This document shows positions 1 to 12,773 of a DNA stretch of 64,000 nucleotides, one piece after another. Source of the DNA: the human T2T-CHM13v2.0 reference genome, Homo sapiens. Below the pieces are notes generated by a model. It ran no database searches. It was not told where the DNA came from and saw only the letters and a list, made by a program, of their open reading frames with translations. Each line of letters starts with the position of its first letter. Position 1 is the first letter of the stretch. The stretch is from NCBI RefSeq assembly GCF_009914755.1, contig NC_060942.1. One strand, given 5' to 3'. Both the position numbers and the translations under genes were made by a program.

Positions 1-195
1 AGGAAGATTAACAAAATGCAATTCTTCTTATTGAGAATCTCATAACTTGGGGGGTATACATGTGCACATAATTAATTATGATGCATTGTGATAATAATGC
101 TAATAAGTCCCAGGGTTGCTGGCAGTTCTCGCTTGAAGCAGTGTTCCTTCCATTCCTGGAAATATAGTCTAGTAATCCGAAGTAGGATCTTTACT

Positions 196-762
196 TGATC
201 AGCTAAGAATGCATTCAATGAGAAGCATCAGAAAACCCAGCGATAGTGGTTGAAAAAACAGGAGTTTATTGTTCCCACACTATAGAAAATACTAAAGTAG
301 TCGTGACAGGCATGAGTCCAGTGGCTCAGTAATGTCAGTGCTGAGGTCTTTAAGATTTTTTTGGCCTTTATCTTCAAGGACCAAAATGGCTGCTTAAATC
401 TCATCCACAATCCTGCTTCAAGACACAAAGAATGTTGGAAGGAGAAAGTGGAAAGGGCCTTTTCTTTAATCAGTTTGCACTTTTATTCAAGAATGAGGCC
501 CTTCTCCTCTCTCAGTCAGATTTCCCATTTCCTCTATTAGCCAGATCTGGGACACATGTTTAATTTTAAACAATCACTGGCCGAGAGCAACACCAGTGCA
601 GTGAGCGATTATCAGGTCATGATTTATTCCCTGGGGCTTGTGTTGCTGCTCCCTCAGATCAAGGTCTCCCTCCACCTGCTATCTTAACACTTTTTTTTTA
701 AAATCAGGGATAAAGAGGGATAGTAATGTCTTTTATGTAAGGAAAGCACTGTGTCTGCTGCA
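196..762 (-). mobile_element. Old MaLR LTR (MLT1J/K/L-like)
   Basis: Recalled MLT1 motifs in reverse: 'gaatgcattc...cagaaaaccc', 'attagccagatctgggacacatg...aacaatcactggcc'; highly diverged. Confidence 0.6.
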
Positions 763-1899
763 GCATTCACTTTTTAGAGAATGTTGTTGATATTTTATTA
801 GAAGTAAGTTCGTAACCAACAGCAACATTTCTTAATATCCACTTTCCTCCTTTCTACTGTTCAACAGTGTCCTCAGACTCACGCAATTGCTCCAAAGCCT
901 TTCTGTTTACCCCTGACTCTCACATTCCCACCCAAACCCAACTCACTATTTGCTAAAAACCCAGAAGTGCTCTCTCGGCAGCTGTCCAAATTCTCTCCGT
1001 CTGTTCAGAATTGTGCTGCGATTCTGATCTTCTATTCACATCATTTTTTCTTCCACCAAATAAATGTGACTGGTGCTTCCTTCTCAGAAGCCTCATTTGG
1101 TGTTCCCAACACAGGAGGGAATGTGGAAAAATATAACAAGTTTCTAAATTCTGACGGCGTTTCTCAAGAAATTCAGCCTACTGCTTAAATTCTGCTCTAT
1201 AAAGGGTAATCCAAGAACTGGTCAGAAAGTATCCTTCTTACCTAAAAAGAAAGAAGGGCAAAAGGTAAGGATATAGGAAAAGCAAGAAATATTTTTATAT
1301 AAATAATTTTATTCTTGTTACATGACAAATCCTGCAACAGATGTTTGAATGAATAATTAGCACAGAGAATAAAATGACAAGTTGAGACAATGGGTGACTG
1401 ACCCTTTTAGGGGTATAAAATGAAATGGATGCAGGAGATATGGCAATAGGAATGGGAAGGTTCAGTCAAGACAGGATCAAGACCATGGGATAAAATATGG
1501 CAAAATAATTTGCGTACAACTTTTCCTCCAAATTTATTTCCGCCTCCTTCTTTTCTTTGTCTTTATTTTCAGTCCAATTTTGTTTTCTTATTCCTCTAAC
1601 TTTACCTCAATCCATGGATCTTATATAAATTAAAAACATAAAGAAGTTGTTAGATTTCAGAATGCTTTCTCTACTCCCTTCACCTCCCTTTATCAGTTTT
1701 TAATTAGAGCTTCTTACATCAAAGATGTTTCTAGAAAAAGAAAGAATAATTGCTTGATGGGCCCGGGTTTCCTGTCCTTCACACTTTGAGGTACACCCAC
1801 TCTTAATTAATGAAGTTAATTAATTTAATTTTGGCTCCACCAAAACATGATATCTTCTTGGCTACCAGACTTACCACCATTCTAATTAAGGTAGCAATT

Positions 1900-2390
1900 T
1901 TGTAGAAATTTCGGACTAAGTTTAGAATCTGGCTTCATTGAAGCTCCGAAGCCCTTCCTTTTCTCATACTGTGTTCTATGTATCTTTTCTATCTGGCTAT
2001 TCTTGAGCTGTATTCTTTGTAATAAATCAGAAATCTATTAAGTATCATGTTTCTCTGAGTTCTGTAAGTCATTCTAGCAACTATCCAACCCAAGGAAGAG
2101 TTTTAAAAACCTCCAATTTATAGTTGTTTGATCAGAAGTACTGGAGGCCTGGACTTGATTGGCATCTGAAGTGGAGGCAGTGTTGTGGGACTGATCCCTT
2201 TAACTTGTGGGATCCGATGCTAAGTGTCAGAGTTGAAGATAATTTTCAGACATTCATCTGTTATCTGTAGAATTAGAGAATTGCTTGCTTGTGGGAAAAT
2301 CCCTATACATCTGGTATCAGAAGTGAAGTGTTCTGAAGTATTGAGTATTGTGAATTAATGTATAGAGGAAAATAGTTGGTTTTCCTTGTA
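1900..2390 (+). mobile_element. MER21-family LTR, 3' part
   Basis: 'ctctgagttctgtaagtcattctagcaa', 'gattggcatctgaagtggaggcagtgttgtgggactga', 'ggtatcagaagtg' match recalled MER21 consensus. Confidence 0.7.
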
Positions 2391-3543
2391 TAAGTATCAC
2401 TTTCCAGGGTTTCACTTAGCTGTCGGTGAAACCAAACCAAACCAACAGACCAAAAACCACTCATGTGTATCTATTCCCTGCCATCTATAAAAGCACAGTT
2501 TGTTCCAAATGATGCAGCCTGCTAATTCTCTCCTCTTTGGCCGTGTGGGTGATACTGTCAAAGCACCATTTGTACTGTAATTATCAGGCATGTGTTAGGT
2601 TTCAAACCTTAGGTCCACCCAAACTCCAGAAAACGCAGACTTAAGGTGGCTTTTAAAAAGTGTTTCTCGTTTTACTTGGGATGAAGGTAAAGCACCTCTA
2701 CCACTTCCTTTCAGCCCTTCATCAGTCCACTGCAAGGAACTGATTTTTTCCTAGAGGAGGCTGAAGTCATTGACATATTAGGAGTGCTGCGTGAATGAGG
2801 CAGCAAGATCAAATTCCCTAAGCATGGTTTGCATGGGAGGCCTGGCACTGTATATTGGGATATTGCAGGGCTTGTCGCTTACTGTTTTGTTCTAAACCTG
2901 TGGGGTCTCAGACAAATCTGAAATAGAGTGAAATGCATTTTGACCTCCTATATTTTTATGTCTTTATTCTAGGTACTGTGTCTAACATTGGAGGTAAAGT
3001 TGAGGAAGCCTCACTTTTTGCTTTGTAGGAGTGTATGTTTTAGGTAGTTGAGTCAGATATCTAAACAGATAATAAAAATACAAGTCAGAGAAGCTGATTT
3101 GAGGGGTACTGAACACTTCTTACTCTGACCACTGCTGCAGCAACTGCCTCTGGGGAGGCTTTACCAGCTTTGTACGGGCACAACTTGGCAGCCCACTTAC
3201 GGGGCCCAGTTTCTGTGAAGCCAATGGTGCACAATGTCCTCAGGAACCTGCTTGACACAAGAGCGTGCTCAGCGGAAGCAGGGGTAGAGCACTCTGTGGG
3301 TGACCTCAGTCACTTTTAGCTGTTTGTCTCTTTCTTGCATATTATATGAAGTCTACAGGTACATTGACATCTAATTTCAGCTAAGTTGTCCTTAGGGTCT
3401 AAATTTTTCCATAAACATCTCACCTGTTGCATCCTGTGTGTGGAGTTCACACAGGTGGTCCCAAAATGCTCAAATATTTAATAGAACATTCCTTGAAATA
3501 AATTCTAAGTCAATTTTTTATACATTAAGGCAATGAAAATATC

Positions 3544-3838
<295 letters not shown>

Positions 3839-4788
3839 AAAATATCCTGTTAGAGTATTTGGTATGGTGCTTTATCCTACTTGTGATTCCTTGGGAAATA
3901 CTAATTGATCACAGAGTATGTGGCTATCACCATGCAAACCTGGAGTAAAAGGAAAGTTTATAATTTGTGTAACCTGTATAATTTAATTGGAGAGAAAAAC
4001 ATATACATTCCAAGTTCTTAATTATCAAATTAATATAAACTAAGTCATCATGAGGTTAATAGTGAACTAGAAATAGATGATTTCAGGCCTCTAGGATGGG
4101 GGAGTCATTTGTTATCAGAAGTGAGCACCATAAGTTTACTTATTCCTTACAAAGAAACTCCTAATGCCCAGAGCCTTTTCTTGGTCTGTTCACATTACTT
4201 TAGTTGGCTGCAGCAAATAAAATAAACTCAAGGTTAACAATGTTGGTGTTAAGGTTTTAATAAGATTTCAATGTTTTAAATTTGATTTCTGTTTTGCCGT
4301 TTTCCGGTGTGTTATGAAACAGTATGTAGGAAATGATAAAGCATGTTTTCCATCACCAAGACTAGAGATCCAAAGTGTTATTCTGACAAGCAAGGCTTGG
4401 TTTTGCAGAAAAAAAAAATGAATTTCCCCACCCATGAATCCGTTTACCTAGTAGAATTTCTTTCAGATAGAATTCTAAGTTTCAATTCACTAATATGCAG
4501 ATGATTGCACTGTCCAATTGGGGAATCAGCAAAGAAATGATACCTTACAGCTGCTGAAAATGTTTTTTCCTGTTCATTAGAACTTATAGCAAACAAGTAT
4601 TTAACTAATTCATTTGCTGCAGATTCTTTGGAAGATTTCATTGGTTCTTTCATGCCCAAACTTTTGGAGGAAGATTTCTCTTTAGGGAAACGTGTAGATG
4701 ACCCCAAACAATTCAGAAAAAAAAGGCTATTTCACATTTGATAGTTTCTGAGTTGAATCAATGAACACTTATAATAATGTATCAATGC

Positions 4789-4914
4789 TGATACATTATT
4801 ATCACCCAAAGTCCATAGTTTACATTAGGTTTCACTCTTGGTGTTGTGTATGGTTTTGACAAATGTATAATGACATGTATCCACCATTGTAGTATCAGAC
4901 CAAATAGTTTCACT
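4789..4914 (-). repeat. 126-bp near-exact local copy of L1 segment 5239-5364
   Basis: Direct comparison: identical except 4816 T vs 5266 C; offset 450 bp. Confidence 0.95.
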
Positions 4915-5064
4915 TCTTATTTTGAGCATCAAACTTGTCAGTATGAGAGATATGTAAATATAACACCATTCTTAAGAAACTTACTGTCAGATTGGAAATG
5001 CAAAATATGAAATATAAACAAATAACAAATAATAAAACAGCGCATGTTTGGGCAATGCAATTGA

Positions 5065-6550
5065 TTTTTTTAAAAGACTTGAATTAAAAAAAAAAAGACA
5101 ATTTTAGGTTCATAGAAAAATTCAGAGGACGGTACAGAGATTTCTCATGTAGACCCTGCCCCCAAATTGACATTTCCTCCCATATTGTCAACATCTCCCA
5201 CCAGAGTGGTACATTTGTTAAAAGTGATGAACTTATGTTGATACATTATTATCACCCAAAGTCCACAGTTTACATTAGGTTTCACTCTTGGTGTTGTGTA
5301 TGGTTTTGACAAATGTATAATGACATGTATCCACCATTGTAGTATCAGACCAAATAGTTTCACTGCCCTAAAAATCCTGTGCTCTGCTTATTCATCCCTC
5401 TCCCCTCCCTCAATCCCTGGAAACCATTGATCTTTTTACTGTCTCCATAGTTTTGCTCTTTCCAGAATGCCACATAGTTGGACTCATACAATATGCAGAC
5501 TTTACAGATTGTCTTCTTTTACTTAGCAATATGCATTTACATTTTCTCCATTTCTTTTCATGGGTTGATAGGTGATTTATTTTAAGTGCTGAATAATATT
5601 CCATTGTCTGGATGTGCCCTTTTATCTTTCCATTCACTCTCTGAAGGACATCTTTGTTGCTTCCAAGTTTTGACAATTATAAATAAAGCTGCTACAAACA
5701 CCGGTGTGCAGGTTTTTGTGTGGATGTGTTTTAAACAACTGTTTTGGATTTAAAGAGTGCAATCGCTAGGTAGTATGGTAAGAGTATATTTAGTTTTGTA
5801 AGAAATTGTCAATTTTTTTCCCAAAGTGGCCATACCATTTCACATTCCCACCAGCACACCACCAAATGCTGGTGTTAGTAAAGCAGGTGAGCAAAATATT
5901 TGGAGGGGCTTGTCTTGAAAACCCACTTGCCTTGCTTACTGAGTCTTGAAGTCAGGTCATGTTAGATCTCTAACTTTGTTCTTTAATATTGTGTTGAGTC
6001 TTTTGTCACTCCATATAGACCTTATAATTATTTTTCCAAGGCCGCCACAATAACTTGCTAGAATTTTTATTGTGATTGCATTCAATCTACTAATGAAGTT
6101 GGGAAGAACTGGCATCTTGGCAGTATTGAATCTTGCTATCCATAAATATGGAACATTTCTCCATTTATTTAGTTCTTTGAATTCTTTCATCTGAATTGTA
6201 TAGTTTCCTCATATAGATTATGTACATATTTTTCTAAACCTATACCAAAGTATTTCATTTTGGGGGTGCCAATGATATTATATTTTTAATTTCAAATTCC
6301 ACTTAGTCATTGCTGGCATTAAAGGAAAGTGATTGGCTTTTGTATATTAACCTTGTATCCTACAGTTTGCTATAATCAATTATTAGTTCTAGGAGTGTTT
6401 GGTTGATTCTTTTGGATTTTCTACATAGGCAATCCTGTTACCTGTAAACAAAGACAGTTTTATCTCTTTCCTCCCAATTTGTATACCTTTTAGTTCCTTT
6501 ATTTGTCTTAAGACTTCCAGTAAAATGTTGAAAAGGAATGACGAGAAAGA
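5065..6550 (-). mobile_element. Old L1 (L1MC-like) 3' UTR and ORF2 3' part, internally deleted
   Basis: L1 3' UTR text 'ggtacagagatttctcat...gtccacagtttacattagg'; minus ORFs 5410-5676 and 5957-6190 resemble degenerate ORF2 C-terminus (KELNKWRNVPYLWIAR, TMEYYSALK); break near 5857-5945. Confidence 0.88.
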
Positions 6551-6619
6551 AAAATTTTAATAGATTTTCATTAATTCCTCTCCCTTTAAAAAAAGTAGTC
6601 CAGATATTTATAGCCATGT

Positions 6620-7080
6620 TGCATGTGTAAGTTAATGAGAATGCAGAGATTAGTTGCGTCCGCAAGTGGGAAGGGGAAATTTCCAGGGGGAAGGAACCTA
6701 AGAAGATTATCACAATAGGGTGATGATAGCAGATGAAGCATTCCAGCCTAAGAAAGCCACATGAGCAAAGATATGATCTGCAGTTGAGCAAAATAAACAG
6801 ATTAAATGGGAAGGGGACCAGTATGACTGAAGCAAAGACTGCTTCTTTTAGATTCCCGGGAATGAGGTCAAGGTGGGAAGGCAGATTAGGAAGGGCCACT
6901 GGTCACATTCAGATGGATTCGTGGTGTTTTGTGCTCATACCTTACACACTGGAGAGGCATTGGGAGTTAATTGAATGCTAAAGTGGCTTGGTGAAATGTT
7001 ATTTTTGGAAGATTAATACCTGTAGCTCTATTATAAATGGGAAGAGTTAAGCCACCTAATCTGATTGGAAAGATGTAGGG
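6620..7080 (-). mobile_element. L2 fragment
   Basis: Degenerate L2 motifs 'gcattccagcctaagaaagccacatgagcaaag', 'tttttggaagattaatacctgtagc'. Confidence 0.5.
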
Positions 7081-7638
7081 TAAGGACGGCCGGCTTCAAA
7101 ATAGGGTATGACTATCCTGGGATTCCATGGCAACATTTCAAGGGCATTGTTCTGGGGAAATTGATTTCAAATCCTAAACTTTTATTTGTACTTTTTCCTA
7201 AAACTGTTCTGTGGTTTGAGATGTCATGCTGATTCTCAGCTCCACCTCTTCTTTCACCGTAACCTTTCTCCCACTTCCAAAGGCACAGTTGTCCTCTCTC
7301 CAATCCAGAGTCTCTTTCTGGTGCATTGCTCTGGCGTGGAAATCCTCCTGCATATCAAACAAGGAAACAATTCAAAATGTCACTGGTGTTGAGAAAGTGA
7401 AAGCCTCTAATAAAGGAACTGGCAATAAATCCTTTACGAGATATGTGGTTTCTAATGCATTTCTTTCAATACAATGTAAAAAAGAACCTAATCAGATTGA
7501 TGATTATTAATTTTTGTTTTCAGGTAAGGTATAATTTTTTACATAAAATATAAAGGTATTTTAAATAATTGAGTGCCATTGCTTTGGGGAAAATGGAAGA
7601 ATTTTATTCCTAACAACTTACTTATTTATGTTTAATTC

Positions 7639-8069
7639 TATTAAAAAAAAAAACTTCAGCCGAATTAAATTGAAAGGAGTTTAATTGAGCAATGAATGAT
7701 TCGCGAATCAGGCAGCCCCAGAATCACAGCAGATTCAGAGACTCCAGGGCAGCCAGACGGTGGAAGAAGATTTATAGACAAAAAAAGGGAAATTATGTAC
7801 AGGAATTGGAAGTGAGGTACAGAAACAGTGAGACTGGTTACAGCTCAGTGTACGTCTTATTTGAACACAGTTTGAACACTCAGTTGTCTATGAGTGGTTG
7901 AAGTATGGCCGCTGGGATTGGCTAACACTCAGCTATTGTTACAGGTGAATGCTACTAAGTTAGGTTTTCAATTTTGTCTGCCTATTAAGCTAGGTAACGA
8001 TTGGACCACAAGGACTCAAATATAGAAGTACAGAGTCCTTCTCAGGCCATATTTAGTTTGCTTTAAACA
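7639..8069 (-). mobile_element. MER57-family ERV1 solo LTR
   Basis: ~430 bp; 'cttcagccgaattaaat...gattcgcgaatc' through 'ctcaggccatatttagtttgctttaaaca' matches recalled MER57 reverse complement. Confidence 0.85.
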
Positions 8070-8199
8070 CTATATAAAAGAAAAAAATAGAACTGATGCC
8101 TCTTACTTTAGCAGTAATTAATACAGATTCACAGATATATGAACTAATTTAAAAAGTTTCATCTATCTCACCAGATATGTAAATCTGCTAATATTTTAC

Positions 8200-8680
8200 A
8201 TTCTGTGTTGACTAATTATCAAAACATCAAATATATTTGTTGGTTTTATTAACTATAATAATAAAAATGTTAATTTAACTACAATATTAGAGTGTTATGG
8301 TCCTGAAAAATAAAAATATGTGGATAGGTTGCCAATAAAAGATTTCATGAATAAAAACATATTACATTAGAATAAAATTCTGCAGGGAAATGGAACGGAA
8401 GTAGAAACCCAAGGAGAAAAAAGAATGATATGAAAACAATTTGTTCATGTATTTTTTTAAATGGATAATGGAGGGTATCAAACGTCTCTGATAATTTTCC
8501 ACTGGATACATTTAAATGAGCTAGGTACCAGTTTTATTTAAATAGCCAACATTTACAATATGCCAGCAATTATATGCAACTACTTCAAGATAGTTGAAAA
8601 ATTTTAGATGTCAACTAAAAAATGTGTGTGGCTTTTCAAATTATTTTTGGAAGTCTGTGAGCAAAAATACTAGAAGGGAT
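8200..8680. mobile_element. Probable hAT-Charlie DNA transposon fragment
   Basis: AT-rich with terminal-like 'gtgagcaaaaatactagaaggg'; weak recollection only. Confidence 0.3.
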
Positions 8681-9329
8681 GTCTCTTGAAAATGCATTTG
8701 CCTGTCATACACAGTTTTACTTTTTTATTATTAAAAATAATAAAGTTTTATAAAAATGCCCACTATTGCTATTTTTCATAAGATTTAGAAAATATCAATT
8801 ATTGTATTGGGTGACAATAGGGGAAGGGGGCTGGTGGAGTTGAGGTTCCACAGCCCCCAATCCACCTCTTGGCGGTTAGCAGAGACAGGAGGATGGCATG
8901 ACAGAGGATGGAGTCTGGGACACATATGATCGTGATGACTCTTTCTGCTTTTATCATTTGACACTTTTTATTTAATGTCCCTTTCAGTTATTTTTCTTTT
9001 TGTTGCTTTATATTTTATCTTCCAAACTAAATGCTTAGATTTTTGAGGGCATGGTCTTCTTCTTACATTCTTTTAAATTTTTATCCTGAAGTGGTAATAT
9101 AACTCCTGACATACAACTATATACAAAATATTTCTATTTATTTAAATCATTTCTTATTTCAATAGGACTTCAATTGATGATTGGTGGAGGCATTAAAGGA
9201 GATGATAGAGCCAAAATAATTCCCTGATCTTGAGCAAGTCTTTAGGATAATGATGACACTTAAAAAAAGAAAGATGCTTAGGCTAGAGAGCTTATTTGGA
9301 TATACAGAATTTGAGATGAGCTTGAGGAC

Positions 9330-9522
9330 TTGGCTGGCACTGGCCTATAGATGCCTCTTAGTAAACCAAAAAAGATGTCCCCTCTGTGTTGATAAATTAT
9401 ACCTTTCTCTGGAGAAAGAAGCACCCTTCCTCCAGGTGTATACAGTCCTATGTCAGGGCCCAGAATTGTACAGTCCTAACCCAGTGCCTTTGTGGAGTGT
9501 ACAGATTGTCCAACTATATTTG
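9330..9522. mobile_element. MER91-like hAT-Tip100 MITE
   Basis: 'gtgcctttgtggagtgtacagattgtccaactatat' resembles the MER91 terminus. Confidence 0.4.
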
Positions 9523-10002
9523 CTCCTCTGTGTGAGAGAGATAGTTGACTGTTAATCCCAGTTTATCTATATGTATTTGCTTTATTCAAAAGCCAAAAAC
9601 TTTATCCTGGCAAAATAATCCATTAAGTTGCACTACATTTCTACATGAAATTGTGTGTATGAGTTCCTTGCTGAATTCACGTTACCATTTGCACTCAACT
9701 GCCAGTAAGCTTTATGTTGACAATTTAGGGAACTTCAGAGATATGCCTGGCTCCAAATACATGCAGCATGTATTTTATCACCCTGTCACAAACTCTTCTT
9801 CCCTTTTTCTCTTGCTATGCCTAAAATTCACCATACCAAAGCAAGTCAGTTTGTATGTGACAAATGCTGGGGTTTTATTTACAAAATGCCATGGCTAAAA
9901 AGCACATATTTTATCAGGAAAAGAAGAGAGATGCCATGAATTAGTTTATTTATCTATGAAAGAATTGTACTTTAAGGAATTTGATCCTTAACAATAGAAA
10001 AT

Positions 10003-10300
10003 ATCATTCATTCATTTATGTTTGTTCAGCCAGCAAACTATTAATATCTCTTATACTCTAGGCATTGTCACCCGTGTAAAAAGAAAATAAAAGAAGGAAG
10101 ACAAAGTTTTGTTTTGTTTTGTTTTACACCAATAACAGTCTCAATCTAGTGCAGGAGAAATATATTACATCAACAGTAATACAATACAATGTTTACATGT
10201 CCCTTATAGAAGTATGTACCATGCACTGGACCATGAAGTAAAATCTAGGAAGAACCAATTCTGCTACATGGGGAAGGCTCCTCAAAGAAAACAGTATCTG
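10003..10300 (-). mobile_element. L2 3' end
   Basis: 'atcattcattcatttatg...ctaggcattg' L2 tail on minus strand; L2-like sequence resumes near 12140-12290 and 12590-12770. Confidence 0.55.
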
Positions 10301-10303
10301 AGT

Positions 10304-10680
10304 TGGTTATGGGCTGAATGTTTGTGGCTCCCCAAAATTCGTATATTGAACTCCTAACCCCCAACTTGGTAGCATGTGGAGATGGGGCCTTCGGGGGGTA
10401 ATTAGAGTTGGATAAGGTCTTGAAGATGAGACCTCATAATGAGTTAGTGGCCTCATAAGAAGAGGAAGAGAAGTCTCTCTGCATGTACCAGGAAAGGCTG
10501 TGTGTGCACACAGCAAGGAGGTGGTCGTCCGCAAGCTGGCAAGAGTCCTCATCAGAACCCAACCTGCTGACACCTTAACCTTGGACTTCTAGCCTCTAGA
10601 ACTGTGAGAAACTAAATTTCTTTTGTTTAAGCCACCCAGTCTGTGGTATTTTGTTAGGGCAGCCTAAGCTGACTAAGATG
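10304..10680 (+). mobile_element. MLT1A-type MaLR solo LTR
   Basis: 'ttatgggctgaatgtttgt...cccaaaattc' to 'cagcctaagctgactaag'; ~375 bp; imperfect 5-bp TSD TGAGT/GGAGT. Confidence 0.88.
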
Positions 10681-10723
10681 GGAGTTTAACTCTAAGGAAT
10701 CCATAGACTTTTTCTTGTAGACC

Positions 10724-11246
10724 TGTGACGCAGATCTCCCATTTGACCCTGTGGATCTGCTCTCCACCCTTCTCCACCTCGTTCTCCACCCCACAAATGG
10801 ACCTATATGGGTGACACCTACAGCCCTCCCTGTACTCTCACTTCCACTTGGTGAGCCCTAGGCAGAGATGAGAGGGAGGGTGCAGAGTGAGGGTGCGGAA
10901 TTTACTCCACAGGCTTCTCCCTGGTAGGGTTACCTTTGGCTGGGTTCCCTCTGTCAGGGCTACCTCTGTTGGCTGTGTCTCCTCCCCTGTATTCCCTCCA
11001 GGTGGCAGGTCTCCATGACTCTCTGTTTCTGGCTTCCAGCTAAGCTACTGCTACCTTTTTTGTCTCTTCAGGTCTAGTGATGGTAACCCTCCCCACCTCA
11101 TTGCTAACCCCAGGGTGCTGCATTATCTCTTTTGGTTTATCTACACCCTGCCTACACAATTGTAAATAGTCCCTTTATTAAACCCCACTCAAAGTATCCT
11201 AATATGAATGCACCATCTGTTGCCTTCTGGGACCCTGACTGATACA
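10724..11246 (+). mobile_element. LTR33-type ERVL solo LTR
   Basis: TG...CA ends; 3' end 'tgtaaatagtccctttattaaac...gggaccctgactgataca' matches recalled LTR33. Confidence 0.8.
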
Positions 11247-12294
11247 GACTAAATTGTGTGAGGATGTGTCTGTCTAACTCACCCAATAAATGTTAGCTAT
11301 TTTTATATCACACTGTGATAATATTTTGAAATGTAAGCAATATTTTTTCTTCCAATATTGCCTATTATCACTTTACTGTTTCCAATTAGAGCAGCTAGGC
11401 TGTTGATTTCACTGCTTTATTGAAAGGTTTGTTATAGCCATACCAGAAAAAAAAATAACTTTTGGGTGTGAAATAAATAGATGCCAAAAGACTAGCTGCT
11501 TAGGAAAAGTCTAAGTAAGAGTAAATAAAGTTGAGGAGGATTGATGGAGTTTCCACTGGCGGATCCTTCAGAAGGAACATTGTACCACCTCCTCCCCCAA
11601 TGAAAGTATATTTGTGGTAGGAGAGGGTGGACAAAGCCTCTGCAAAGAACCAGGAATCTACAGGTAGGCAGAATTATGCTCAGTGAGATGGCAGGATCTC
11701 AGAGAAGAAACCACTACTGGGTGTCTAAGCAGAAATGTCAGAGATTGTCTCACAGTCTTAGGATGATGCAGAAGTAGCAGAACAAATATCTGAGTCCCAC
11801 AAGGGGCATGGAAATAGCAAGGAGATTTTCAGCGCTGCCAGATGGACGGCCAAAGGCTAGATAAAAACAGTAGCATGAATGGGGGATGCAAGCACGCACT
11901 TATAAACACAAGGGCCCCTTTCCTGCACCTGTGTAAGTGCCTCAGACCCAGTCCTAACATAGCAAAAGAGGTGAATTCCTTAGTGGGTTGACTATAGGTT
12001 TTACCCACCAGAGACATGGAGCTCAAAATGGAAAATTAATTTGAGTTTTAATAAAACAAAAAGTTTTATTTCTTGCATGTCCCAAACTGTAAACATTGAG
12101 TCATGTCTGCTACATGTTATTAAGATTACTATTATTAATAAAATGGGCAAAGATAGAGAGTTTTCCAGGTAGAAGTAATAGTATGTTCTAAGGCAAAGAG
12201 GTCAGGGAACATGTAGTAGGTGAAGTTGCGGAGCGGGTAATGTAGAAGATAAGAGCAGAGCTGCAAGTTGGAGAATTGTGAATAATGTGAATAA

Positions 12295-12560
12295 TGATAA
12301 TGACTGTTTGCCAAGTGATTGCTATGAGAAAGACCCTCTGCTGATGACTATAAATTCATTATTGCATTTAATGTTTGCTATGTAGGACTCTTTGCTGATC
12401 ACTAGAAATTCATTATTGTATTTAATGCTCTCAGCAATCCTTACTTTACAGAAACGAAGTTGAAACTAAAGGAGTTGGCAGGGGCCTAAGTCATGGAGCT
12501 GGAAAGTGGGGAAACTGGGCTGCAAGTCCAGCAGGGTGAACTGCAAAAGCCCAAACACGC
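12295..12560 (-). mobile_element. MIR with internal ~55-bp tandem duplication
   Basis: MIR core 'tttacagaaacgaagttgaaactaaaggagtt...gtcatggagctggaaagtgg'; diverged repeats 12319-12374 and 12375-12428. Confidence 0.6.
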
Positions 12561-12773
12561 CTTCTTGTAAAGCAACATGCCATTATCCCCAGACTTGAAC
12601 TTGTATTAAGTAGGCAAATGACAACGAGATATACAAACTTTATGATATGATAAGAGGTGTGCTTTAAAAGAGCATTCTGATGACAGTGTGGAGAAAAAAA
12701 TTGCAGAGGTAAAGGGCTAAAGGCAGGAAGACCAATATAGAAGGTTTTCTATGGACCAGGTAAAGAGTGGGAG

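Noticed and set aside
6438-6899. 153-aa minus-strand ORF
   Set aside because: Runs across L2-like and L1 sequence; chimeric chance ORF
7121-7134. RFX X-box-like motifs (GATTCCATGGCAAC; also 39666-39680)
   Set aside because: Imperfect isolated motifs with no promoter or CpG-island context
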